A DNA stretch of 64,000 nt from a virus (IMGVR_UViG_3300016476_000657:6583-70582), one strand, 5' to 3'. Numbered from the stretch's first letter, positions 9,189 through 16,776 are shown. Notes: a model not told the origin generated them from the sequence alone. Numbers and translations: made by a program.

Positions 9189-9560
9189 ATGTCAACTAAA
9201 CTATTGTTAGTTGACCTAGACAAAGATTACATCAGGCGAGTTGAGAATGGTTCAGACTTCAAGCTGAACCACGACTTGTTTCAAGAAGCTGTGAGCAATC
9301 TAAGTCAGGATATTAAATATTGGACAGCAAGCAGCGGCATTGAACTAGAGTTAGAAACTGTAAACGAGACTGAAGTAGAAGAGCTGGAAACAGGTCAAAC
9401 ATTAACACGAATCTACACTCGAGTATATGCCGTTCCGGGGTCTGAGGATGACCTTGCGTGGATTAATCTCAGCTTGGGTAATCTAAAGCCAGCTAAGAGA
9501 CTAGCACACGGACAGATGCGAGGATGGCAATTCGATTGGGGACACAGTGAAGGTTATTAA
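9189..9560 (+). CDS. Hypothetical protein
   Basis: 123-aa ORF in operon. Confidence 0.55.
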   Translation: MSTKLLLVDLDKDYIRRVENGSDFKLNHDLFQEAVSNLSQDIKYWTASSGIELELETVNETEVEELETGQTLTRIYTRVYAVPGSEDDLAWINLSLGNLKPAKRLAHGQMRGWQFDWGHSEGY

Positions 9561-10092
9561 CTTTTTTGGTGGTGCGGGCGTAGGTAAAAGTACACATGCA
9601 GCTGGCTTATTCTATCATATGAAGAGTCGGGGCTATAATGTAGAACTAATAAACGAATACGCCAAGCAAATGGTTTGGGAAGGTCACAGCGAAGTTATGC
9701 GTGACCAGTTCTACCTAGCGGCCAACCAACACCGTCAAATGATTCGTCTGGATGGTAAAGTTGATTACTGTATCACTGACAGCCCTATGCTGCTAAACAT
9801 TGTTTACCGTGACATGTACGGCGAACCCTTGTACAGTGACACTTTGGACAAACTGGTATTAGAATGCCATCGTCGTTATGAAAATATCAACATAGTAATG
9901 AAAAGGCCTCAAGCTAATTCTTTCAAACAAGAAGGTAGGTTGCAGGACTATATTCAAAGCTGTGTAGTAGACGAGCGCATTGAACGTGTATTAGATAGCA
10001 TAAGCGAAAACTATATCAAAGTTAACTATGAATGGAGCAACAGCATTTTTGATGAGCTCCTAGATTATATTGTAAATTGGCCACGAGAATGA
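9547..10092 (+). CDS. P-loop nucleoside/nucleotide kinase-like (NadR/AAA_28 type)
   Basis: GGAGVGKST Walker A, EYAK, ITDSPMLL motifs. Confidence 0.7.
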   Translation: MKVINFFGGAGVGKSTHAAGLFYHMKSRGYNVELINEYAKQMVWEGHSEVMRDQFYLAANQHRQMIRLDGKVDYCITDSPMLLNIVYRDMYGEPLYSDTLDKLVLECHRRYENINIVMKRPQANSFKQEGRLQDYIQSCVVDERIERVLDSISENYIKVNYEWSNSIFDELLDYIVNWPRE

Positions 10093-11969
10093 GCGACGAA
10101 CAAAACATGAAGCCAAAGCATCTAGATGCTTTTATGGATACAGCATATAAATTTGCTGACCTAAGCACAGCAGTTCGCGCTCAAGTGGGCGCTATCATTG
10201 TGAAAGATCGCCGTATCATCAGCATCGGTTATAATGGTATGCCATCGGGTTGGGACAATAACTGCGAAGATCGCGAATATATGCCGCAGGACGCTGGTGG
10301 TTGGTTGAATCCTGAAGAGATTGAAATGCAATGGCCTTATCAAGATGAACAAGGTCGTTACAAACTTAAAACTAAACCCCAGGTACTTCATGCAGAAGCA
10401 AACGCTATTGCTAAACTAGCACAAAGCCCAGAAAGCGCACGTGACGCTGTACTGTTCTGTACTCACATGCCCTGCATGGAATGCGCTAAACTGATTCATC
10501 AAAGCGGCATCCGCACAGTATACTATGGCGAGCAGTATGTAGCAGCCAAGGGCAGTGGCGAACAGTTTCTAAGCAAGAGCGGCATTAAGCTAGAATGGCT
10601 ACCACCTAAACCTAAGCCAGTTAAGACAGTTGAAAAGATTGTTGAGGTTGAGCGTGTAATTAACGCAGGTATTCCTCTAGCATTTGATAATGGTAAGCTG
10701 CTACCTCCAGATAGTTTCTATAAAATTCTACACCGTAGGGATGAGCGCGGCGAAATTATCACTATCAAGGTGTTTAAGAACATAGCGTTTCTTCATATTA
10801 GTGCAAAATACAATTGGGATATGCTATACAGCGATGTGATGGCTGTTAATAAATTGTTTGATATTACGGATTGGGTAATTGATTACAGCTACGAAGCACA
10901 TATTCTACAAGCAGATAATCAACGCAAGGGTCTTATTTTTGATTTAATTCATCAGAGTATTGCAAAGCTATCGCTTGAAAACTGTAATTGGCATTTAATT
11001 CACGGAAATTATTATGTAGAAAAGCAGTACAACGAATGGTGTAAACATAATAATTATGAGAAAATGTTTGCAACTGTAGACCATTTGCCTACATTATTCT
11101 TCCACAGATATTATAAGACTGCAACAGAACAATACAAGCCAATTGAGTTTAGACAGATTTTCAGCAAAACTCCTGTCAAGCATTACTGCACCTTTAATGG
11201 TCGCGCTGGTTATGATCGTGTAGGGCTATTAAAGTTCTTGCACAGTGAGAATCTATTAGATAAAGGCTACAGCACTTGGCACTTTGATCCTGAAAGCTGG
11301 CAGATCATTTACATCGAAGCGCCAGATATTGCGGCTGAAAATCGTTTGCCTAATGGCGTTGAGCCAGTAAAACATTTTAGTGAAATCTCCACAGCGTGGA
11401 ATTATCAAAGTGAACAAGAGCTAATTGATTGCTATGCTCAAAGCTGCTTTGAGATTGTAATAGAAACTATCACAAACATAGAACAAGAAAGCTATAACTG
11501 GGATATACTGCAAATCGGCCGTATGCCTAATCAGCTAATCACAGATAAAATCCCTGACCCTAACACAGTGTTCCTAACTGAAAAGACCGCAAGGCCGTTG
11601 CTATGGGGCATGCCTTTCTTTCTTAATGCAGGCTATCGCAGCCTAGCAGCCCTACGTGAACTAGGCTTTAAGACATTCAGTGATATCTGGGACGAGAGTT
11701 ATGACGAAATTGCTGATCCTGACAGCAGAGCCGCTTCTATGCATAACTCTATTCGAGCAGTATTAGCATTGCCCTTAGACGAACTTGCACAGCGTATTGC
11801 TGATCACAAAGAAATACTAGTGCATAACCAACAGCATTTTCAGAAATTAGCTAGACTAATTCCTATTCGACTTTGGCTTGAAGCACACAATGCACGACAC
11901 AGCGGACACAGCAAGCGCCGTGTTCTATCGCAGTTTGCAGAACCTAACGCTCATATTAAGATTGATTAA
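10089..11969 (+). CDS. dCMP deaminase fused to a ~440-aa glycosyltransferase-like domain
   Basis: N-terminal GYNGMPSG, HAEANA, PCMEC zinc motifs; C-terminal FEIVIET...FLTEKTARP...LRELGFKTFSDIWDESYD; one continuous reading frame. Confidence 0.75.
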   Translation: MSDEQNMKPKHLDAFMDTAYKFADLSTAVRAQVGAIIVKDRRIISIGYNGMPSGWDNNCEDREYMPQDAGGWLNPEEIEMQWPYQDEQGRYKLKTKPQVLHAEANAIAKLAQSPESARDAVLFCTHMPCMECAKLIHQSGIRTVYYGEQYVAAKGSGEQFLSKSGIKLEWLPPKPKPVKTVEKIVEVERVINAGIPLAFDNGKLLPPDSFYKILHRRDERGEIITIKVFKNIAFLHISAKYNWDMLYSDVMAVNKLFDITDWVIDYSYEAHILQADNQRKGLIFDLIHQSIAKLSLENCNWHLIHGNYYVEKQYNEWCKHNNYEKMFATVDHLPTLFFHRYYKTATEQYKPIEFRQIFSKTPVKHYCTFNGRAGYDRVGLLKFLHSENLLDKGYSTWHFDPESWQIIYIEAPDIAAENRLPNGVEPVKHFSEISTAWNYQSEQELIDCYAQSCFEIVIETITNIEQESYNWDILQIGRMPNQLITDKIPDPNTVFLTEKTARPLLWGMPFFLNAGYRSLAALRELGFKTFSDIWDESYDEIADPDSRAASMHNSIRAVLALPLDELAQRIADHKEILVHNQQHFQKLARLIPIRLWLEAHNARHSGHSKRRVLSQFAEPNAHIKID

Positions 11970-11971
11970 AC

Positions 11972-12583
11972 ATGATTGAGAGCAGAGAAAACTTTTATTG
12001 GGTGGAGCAGCACAACATTAACTTAGTTGAGCTAGAGTCTAGCTGCCGGAAAATTGTAGACTATGCTAACACTAACCTTAAAGGTATTGCTCCGGATCCT
12101 ATGAGGGAAAATAAACTAATCGGCGACACATACAACGGTTATAACTTACTGCTATATCCCTTGCCCGGGATTAGTGCGCTATACAATGCTATTAGAAGCA
12201 GTTGGAGTCAGTTGAATCAAGGTCCTGATTGGTGGATTAAATGTTGGGCAAACGTGTACACTAACAGTCAATATCACAATTGGCATCAGCACAAGACACA
12301 CATTGCAGAGGATTACGACAACTACGAACCACAGTATCCCAGCTATCACGGCATCTTTTGTGTTAGCGGTAATGACACTGTTACCAGCTATCGCAATGAA
12401 TCACGTGTAATTCATATTCCTCAACAGCCTAATCAATTAAGTATTATTCCTAATCGCGACGATTGGTATCATAGAACTTGGCCCTACAAGGGCGAGGTAG
12501 ATCGTGTAACTGTGGCATTTAACATACTGCACGGCACTGAGATTGAACCGTTTAGATACGCTAACCATTGGCTACCACTTTAA
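11972..12583 (+). CDS. 2OG-Fe(II) oxygenase-like protein (TIGR02466-like)
   Basis: WANVY...HNWHQH...YHGIFCV...WYHRTWP...RVTVAFNI. Confidence 0.65.
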   Translation: MIESRENFYWVEQHNINLVELESSCRKIVDYANTNLKGIAPDPMRENKLIGDTYNGYNLLLYPLPGISALYNAIRSSWSQLNQGPDWWIKCWANVYTNSQYHNWHQHKTHIAEDYDNYEPQYPSYHGIFCVSGNDTVTSYRNESRVIHIPQQPNQLSIIPNRDDWYHRTWPYKGEVDRVTVAFNILHGTEIEPFRYANHWLPL

Positions 12584-12601
12584 GCCAGAAAAACATATCT
12601 T

Positions 12602-12616
12602 TGCTGCGTTGCAGCA
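12602..12616. promoter_or_regulatory. Candidate PhaR-type operator (TGCTGC-GTT-GCAGCA palindrome)
   Basis: Contains CTGC-N3-GCAG and TGCGTTGCAGCA; intergenic, upstream of the phasin-like gene. Confidence 0.6.
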
Positions 12617-12622
12617 TAAATA
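12615..12622 (+). promoter_or_regulatory. T4-late-like promoter box CATAAATA overlapping the operator
   Basis: ATAAATA core shared with nine other intergenic boxes. Confidence 0.55.
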
Positions 12623-12675
12623 CAATGTCGCTGAAAAGTCAGGACAAAAACTCTGTCAATACGAGGAGAATACAA

Positions 12676-12780
12676 ATGACACATAATAAGGGTGCGGTTC
12701 TAGTTAGCCGCGCAGGTCACATCGTAGGTCTAAGCTCAATGCTAGCACTTACATGGGCTTTCATTTTTGCAGTACTATAA
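12676..12780 (+). CDS. Small membrane peptide (34 aa)
   Basis: GAGGAG RBS; MTHNKGAVLVSRAGHIVGLSSMLALTWAFIFAVL with hydrophobic C-terminal helix. Confidence 0.6.
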   Translation: MTHNKGAVLVSRAGHIVGLSSMLALTWAFIFAVL

Positions 12781-12813
12781 ACACTAACGTTTCGCTTAAG
12801 GAAAGGAAAACAT

Positions 12814-13071
12814 ATGTTAGCATTTTCAATTAATCGCGCTGTAGAATCAGTGCAGAATCTAAAGAAAAATTGGGTAAACAGCACAGTTTTTGATACTAAA
12901 CTAGCTGAAAGCCTAAACAGTTTTGTGGACACACAAACTGAATATACCAAATCAATGTTTAATAACTTTGAACGCACAGGCATGAGCCTAGCGGGTTATG
13001 CCATTGGCAAAGCACAAGAGGCTGCAAAGACTGTTAGTGACTGGGCTGAAAAGTTTACTCAAAAGAGCTAA
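12814..13071 (+). CDS. Phasin-like amphipathic helical protein
   Basis: AAGGAAAGGA RBS; all-helical composition, LNSFVDTQTEYTKSMF segment resembles phasin-type proteins; PhaR-type box upstream. Confidence 0.5.
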   Translation: MLAFSINRAVESVQNLKKNWVNSTVFDTKLAESLNSFVDTQTEYTKSMFNNFERTGMSLAGYAIGKAQEAAKTVSDWAEKFTQKS

Positions 13072-13073
13072 TA

Positions 13074-13163
13074 ATGGATTTGCACAGCATTGTGGAACGT
13101 CTCGCAGAAATGTTCCCCAGTAGTCACTGGACAAATTTATACACTGCCCTTAACGTAGAATAA
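13074..13163 (+). CDS. Small peptide resembling the N-terminus of DUF3563-type proteins (29 aa)
   Basis: MDLHSIVERLAEMFPSSHWTNLYTALNVE; starts 2 nt after the previous stop. Confidence 0.4.
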   Translation: MDLHSIVERLAEMFPSSHWTNLYTALNVE

Positions 13164-13171
13164 CAAAAGAT

Positions 13172-13206
13172 AACCCCACAGTATAAACACTATGGGGTTT
13201 CTTTTT
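13172..13206. terminator. Intrinsic terminator between convergent units
   Basis: AACCCCACAGT-ATAAAC-ACTATGGGGTT hairpin followed by TCTTTTT, A-run upstream. Confidence 0.75.
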
Positions 13207-13208
13207 GA

Positions 13209-13418
13209 CTAAGCTACGGGCCCTACATAGTCTGCACGTACATACCAATCCGGAGCGTAATCCAAGTTGTTATGCTTCTCATTGTAGTTTAGTGCATAAG
13301 CACGAGCTTCAGCTGCATTATCAAAATACAGTGTATCCCAATGCTTGCTGCCCCATCCCCGTTCATACTCAGTAAGTACGACTTTATATACAGTAGCGGG
13401 AGCATTAACTTGCGGCAT
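13209..13418 (-). CDS. Hypothetical phage protein
   Basis: ATG with GGAAAGGA RBS; EYERGWG motif; own promoter. Confidence 0.65.
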   Translation of the reverse strand: MPQVNAPATVYKVVLTEYERGWGSKHWDTLYFDNAAEARAYALNYNEKHNNLDYAPDWYVRADYVGPVA

Positions 13419-13441
13419 AAACAATTCCTTTCCGTATAACT

Positions 13442-13469
13442 AGCATAGCAGAACACACAAGTATGTCAA
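13442..13469 (-). promoter_or_regulatory. Sigma70-type promoter (leftward)
   Basis: Minus strand TTGACA-16-TATGCT. Confidence 0.55.
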
Positions 13470-13611
13470 GCATAAAAGCTACGAGCCTAGTCCCCAAAGG
13501 GCAGGGCTTTATTACACTATAGCGAGTAGCGAGCGCAGCGAGCGTCCGCGCCCGAGTCCTATTTGTAAATTCTAGCCCTATTCTAAAGCTAAAAATAGTA
13601 TCCAAAAACGG

Positions 13612-13639
13612 TTGACAACATGCCCAAAGATGCTATTAT
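13612..13639 (+). promoter_or_regulatory. Early sigma70-type promoter with TGCCCAAAGATGC spacer
   Basis: TTGACA-16-TATTAT. Confidence 0.7.
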
Positions 13640-13664
13640 CAAACTGTAACAAAGAGGAAGTGTC

Positions 13665-13838
13665 GTGCGTAACCTAGTAATACTAATCCTAATTCCATTG
13701 CTGCTACTGTTGGGCATTGCTGCTAACGTTATGCTGTATAACGAATGTAAGCGTGATGGCTATTCAACGTTTGCTTGCGTTAGTATGCTGCAACGAGGTC
13801 ACTACATTATAGTAGACGCAACAGACAACAAATCATAA
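13665..13838 (+). CDS. Small membrane protein (57 aa)
   Basis: GTG start, AGAGGA RBS, N-terminal hydrophobic helix; not in ORF track. Confidence 0.55.
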   Translation: MRNLVILILIPLLLLLGIAANVMLYNECKRDGYSTFACVSMLQRGHYIIVDATDNKS

Positions 13839-13849
13839 AGGATAACGAT

Positions 13850-14116
13850 ATGTTTCGCATCAACGATAACAAGGGTTTCCAGATCACGTTTGATAACGGA
13901 TATACTGTAAGCGTACAGTTTGGTCCTGGCAACTACGGTACTAACTATAATGCAGACTTTAGAACTAATCTAAACAAGCCACAAATTGCTATTACTGCGG
14001 AAACTGCACTTATAGCAGCTAACGGTGAGTTTATAGAGTATAAGGGCGGTGACGTACAGGGCTATCAAACACCTAATGACGTACTAGAACTGCTTAACTA
14101 CGCTAGTAAGCTGTAG
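13850..14116 (+). CDS. Hypothetical phage protein
   Basis: AGGA RBS; FDNGYTVSVQFGPGNY motif. Confidence 0.65.
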   Translation: MFRINDNKGFQITFDNGYTVSVQFGPGNYGTNYNADFRTNLNKPQIAITAETALIAANGEFIEYKGGDVQGYQTPNDVLELLNYASKL

Positions 14117-14301
14117 GAACTATGTGAGTCATACACTAGCTATAGTAGTAGTATAGTAGAGAATAACGCAGTATATAGTAGTGAAGGGATGTGAAAATAT
14201 TTTCGGAATAATTGGTAAAATTTTCTTTTTGACGCCTTCCTTATAGCTAACCACCACTGTAGACGTCAAAATTGCGCCATTTAACACACCGTATTAACAG
14301 G

Positions 14302-14310
14302 TTATCCACA
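14302..14310 (+). promoter_or_regulatory. Perfect DnaA box TTATCCACA
   Basis: Exact consensus 9-mer inside a 340-bp non-coding stretch. Confidence 0.45.
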
Positions 14311-14376
14311 GCTTAATATTTTCGGGAAAAACCCTCTACTATAGCTCACTGTAGTGCTATACTGTGCGTACACTGC

Positions 14377-14389
14377 TAAGTCATTGATT
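14377..14389. promoter_or_regulatory. IHF consensus site
   Basis: TAAGTCATTGATT = YAA-N4-TTGATW. Confidence 0.55.
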
Positions 14390-14419
14390 CTATTGGGTTA
14401 AACCATGCCCAAAAAGGTC

Positions 14420-14447
14420 TTGACAATGCCCGCAAAGATGCTATTAT
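14420..14447 (+). promoter_or_regulatory. Early sigma70-type promoter with TGCCCGCAAAGATGC spacer
   Basis: TTGACA-16-TATTAT; extra TGCCCAAAAAG just upstream of -35. Confidence 0.7.
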
Positions 14448-14453
14448 ACTAGT

Positions 14454-14663
14454 ATGGATAGAGAAGATTTCATCGAGTACGTGCTGGACTTTTACAGCAC
14501 TAGTAGTGAGCTTTACCCTTGGGTTGCTGCTACACGGGCTGAGGTTCTAGATGCTACACTACAGCTAGAGCGTTGGTACAGTGCTAACAGTGGGGGAACA
14601 CCTTGCTGGGACAGCATTGATCGCGAGCGTGTACGGGACTTTATTCTGGAAAATCGTGGTTGA
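14454..14663 (+). CDS. Hypothetical protein
   Basis: 69-aa ORF directly after promoter. Confidence 0.55.
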   Translation: MDREDFIEYVLDFYSTSSELYPWVAATRAEVLDATLQLERWYSANSGGTPCWDSIDRERVRDFILENRG

Positions 14664-14687
14664 CATTTGGGCAGAACCTGCTATTAT
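14660..14687 (+). promoter_or_regulatory. Early sigma70-type promoter with inverted motif TTTGGGCA in spacer
   Basis: TTGACA-16-TATTAT. Confidence 0.7.
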
Positions 14688-14717
14688 TATAATGTAGGTT
14701 GTGACAGCGAGGACACT

Positions 14718-15170
14718 ATGAAGCTGGTAATTCAGACTCAGTACTGCGAGAACTACGGTGATGAGGATCAGCCCCGTTGGAAGTTCAAGGGTGGCAGTAC
14801 CTACGTAGTAGAGAACATTACCCCTAAGCAGGCTACCCGCATTGAGAGTCAGGGTATTCCCACTCTTACTGAGCTCGTTGAATACTCAAACCCCATGAGC
14901 CGCGAGTATATCATAGACTACGCTGTACGTGAGGATGATGCGGTTGTATGTGAGCCCTGGGAGACCCCTACTGTATGCTCTTACAGTGATGGTGCTTGGC
15001 ATGCCAGTGAGGAAATCCTCAACGATGAATACGGCTACTTGCGAGAGGATATTGGCCGCAAACTAAGTGTTTGGACCATGCTGCCCCAGGGTGAGCGACA
15101 GGATTACACTGTAGAGTACTATGATCGCGAGGGTAAAGTAATGGTGTTAGAGGTCTTGACACCTGCTTAA
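14718..15170 (+). CDS. Hypothetical phage protein
   Basis: GAGG RBS; TQYCENYG...WKFKGGSTY motif. Confidence 0.65.
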   Translation: MKLVIQTQYCENYGDEDQPRWKFKGGSTYVVENITPKQATRIESQGIPTLTELVEYSNPMSREYIIDYAVREDDAVVCEPWETPTVCSYSDGAWHASEEILNDEYGYLREDIGRKLSVWTMLPQGERQDYTVEYYDREGKVMVLEVLTPA

Positions 15171-15183
15171 ATGGTGCTATACT
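15156..15183 (+). promoter_or_regulatory. Early sigma70-type promoter
   Basis: TTGACA-16-TATACT with TGC extension. Confidence 0.7.
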
Positions 15184-15265
15184 AGTAGTATGAGTTAGGG
15201 CATATGCCCCAGGGCTGAAGCTGCTGAGCCCCTCACACAGCGGCACGTTAGATGAGGTATTACAA

Positions 15266-15580
15266 ATGAGTACGAAGACTTTTACAATTGCTGGTTATTC
15301 AAATCTCAATGGTCGTGTCAAGCTGCGTGTAGCAACTGGCACCATTGCGCGCCGAACTGCTGTGCTCAAGAGTGCAGGTCACACTGACATTAACCTTGTA
15401 GAGCTCCCCGAGCCCATGACTCGTGCTGCTGCTACTGAGTATGTGGAGCGGACCTTTGCGGGCGTTGAGCTGTTTAAGAGCAAGGTAGCTGCACCCAAGA
15501 CTGTGGCCAAGGAACTTGAAGTTGAAGTAGAGCTTGAAGCTGCACCTGAGGGTGTGTTTGCAGACGTAGCCGAGGCCTAA
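15266..15580 (+). CDS. Hypothetical phage protein
   Basis: GAGGT RBS; AGYSNLNGRVKLRVA...GHTDINLVELPEPMT. Confidence 0.7.
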   Translation: MSTKTFTIAGYSNLNGRVKLRVATGTIARRTAVLKSAGHTDINLVELPEPMTRAAATEYVERTFAGVELFKSKVAAPKTVAKELEVEVELEAAPEGVFADVAEA

Positions 15581-15637
15581 TAGCAGCGCACAGGGTGGGG
15601 GACACTGTTCCCCTAACCCCTAATATAGTGTAGGACC

Positions 15638-15820
15638 ATGAAGAAGCCAAAGATTCCTCCCGGGACTCATCGCGAATTGTGGGATCAGGATAGCCCATTT
15701 CGCTATAATCGAGTGGAACAACAGCGTGATCGGGACCGGCGTGAAACCAAATACCGCAAGCGCCCCGATGAATATCTAGAAGATGACGACTGGGAATGGG
15801 ACGACGATTGGGGATCATGA
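15638..15820 (+). CDS. Small basic/acidic hypothetical protein
   Basis: AGGA RBS, 60 aa. Confidence 0.5.
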   Translation: MKKPKIPPGTHRELWDQDSPFRYNRVEQQRDRDRRETKYRKRPDEYLEDDDWEWDDDWGS

Positions 15821-15833
15821 TGCCCAAAAGTGG

Positions 15834-15861
15834 TTGACACCCTGCCCAAAGATGCTATTAT
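15834..15861 (+). promoter_or_regulatory. Early sigma70-type promoter with TGCCCAAAGATGC spacer
   Basis: TTGACA-16-TATTAT; extra TGCCCAAAAG upstream of -35. Confidence 0.7.
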
Positions 15862-15893
15862 ATAGTTATAGTGTTTGATAAGGAGTGTTGCCC

Positions 15894-16241
15894 ATGCAGT
15901 ATACAGTTCTCCAAGTCCAGGTTCTGGACAGTGTGTATGACAGTGTTAATGAGCTGGGCCACAGTGCCGCGGCAACTCAGTACCCCGAGTATGGTGCGTA
16001 CTTAGACACCATGATGGGCGGGTTCAAAAGCTACAAGCCAGAATACTTGCAGTACTACAAACCCGTTTGTGAGATCGAAGCCGACGACCTCAACGGTGTA
16101 TTCCATACGGGCAACATGGGCCCAGAAACTTCAATTACACGACTGGCTCCCATGCACAGCGTAAGCGTCGGTGATATCATCCAAGACACCAACGGCAGCA
16201 TGTATATGGTAGACCGCTTCGGCTTCAAGGAGATAGTGTAA
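15894..16241 (+). CDS. YodL-like domain protein
   Basis: DDLNGVFHTGN...MHSVSVGDII...YMVDRFGFKEI resembles the YodL C-terminal signature. Confidence 0.55.
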   Translation: MQYTVLQVQVLDSVYDSVNELGHSAAATQYPEYGAYLDTMMGGFKSYKPEYLQYYKPVCEIEADDLNGVFHTGNMGPETSITRLAPMHSVSVGDIIQDTNGSMYMVDRFGFKEIV

Positions 16242-16384
16242 TGTATAGTGTAACATATACATACTATAACTATAGTCCACAAACCAAAGTGTTTGACTCG
16301 TATATAGCAGCTAAGGGTTTCCTCAAGCGCATTACACGGAGTGCTGGAGTACGCCGTGCTGAACTAATCATACAGGGAGAGTGA
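16241..16384 (+). CDS. Small hypothetical protein (47 aa)
   Basis: TAATG coupling; MYSVTYTYYNYSPQTKVFDSYIAAKGFLKRITRSAGVRRAELIIQGE. Confidence 0.5.
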   Translation: MYSVTYTYYNYSPQTKVFDSYIAAKGFLKRITRSAGVRRAELIIQGE

Positions 16385-16385
16385 G

Positions 16386-16622
16386 ATGCTTAACAGTCGA
16401 GTATTAGCATATAGTGCAGGCACTGTGGCCTTCATAGTGTTAGCCGGTTGGGCTGGCCGCAGTGACTATGAAGATGCACAGCGCAGTGAGCGTGCTTACT
16501 GTGAACAAGTACAGCTATACATGGACACACAGGGGCAGATGGGGTGGCCTGACTATAGGGACCTATACACTACTATGTGTGTGCCTCTTAATGAAAAAAA
16601 CCAAATGATTTCAAATACTTAA
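16386..16622 (+). CDS. Small membrane-anchored hypothetical protein
   Basis: N-terminal TM helix; YCEQV...GWPDY motif. Confidence 0.6.
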   Translation: MLNSRVLAYSAGTVAFIVLAGWAGRSDYEDAQRSERAYCEQVQLYMDTQGQMGWPDYRDLYTTMCVPLNEKNQMISNT

Positions 16623-16630
16623 AAACCGTG

Positions 16631-16716
16631 GGGGTAGGTGGTTCAAACGAGTAGATGGAAAATACCGGGTGGTGGTGGCTATACCGGAATCAAAATTTTT
16701 CAAGATTTTACTGTAG
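16631..16716 (+). repeat. Imperfect non-coding repeat, copy 1
   Basis: GGGGTAGGTGGTT ... AAATACCG ... TTTTTCAAGATTTTACTGTAG shared with 18024..18108. Confidence 0.7.
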
Positions 16717-16747
16717 AACCTTCTTTTACACACTAAGCAAATAGTTC

Positions 16748-16776
16748 TTGACACTTCTCCCCAAAACATGTATAGT
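16748..16776 (+). promoter_or_regulatory. Sigma70-type promoter
   Basis: TTGACA-17-TATAGT. Confidence 0.65.

Noticed and set aside
13074-13163. Frameshifted pseudogene of a longer DUF3563-like protein
   Set aside because: All three frames close within about 35 nt and a terminator follows, so a short peptide is the simpler reading
14281-14297. CtrA box
   Set aside because: TTAA half-sites are 9 nt apart, not 7
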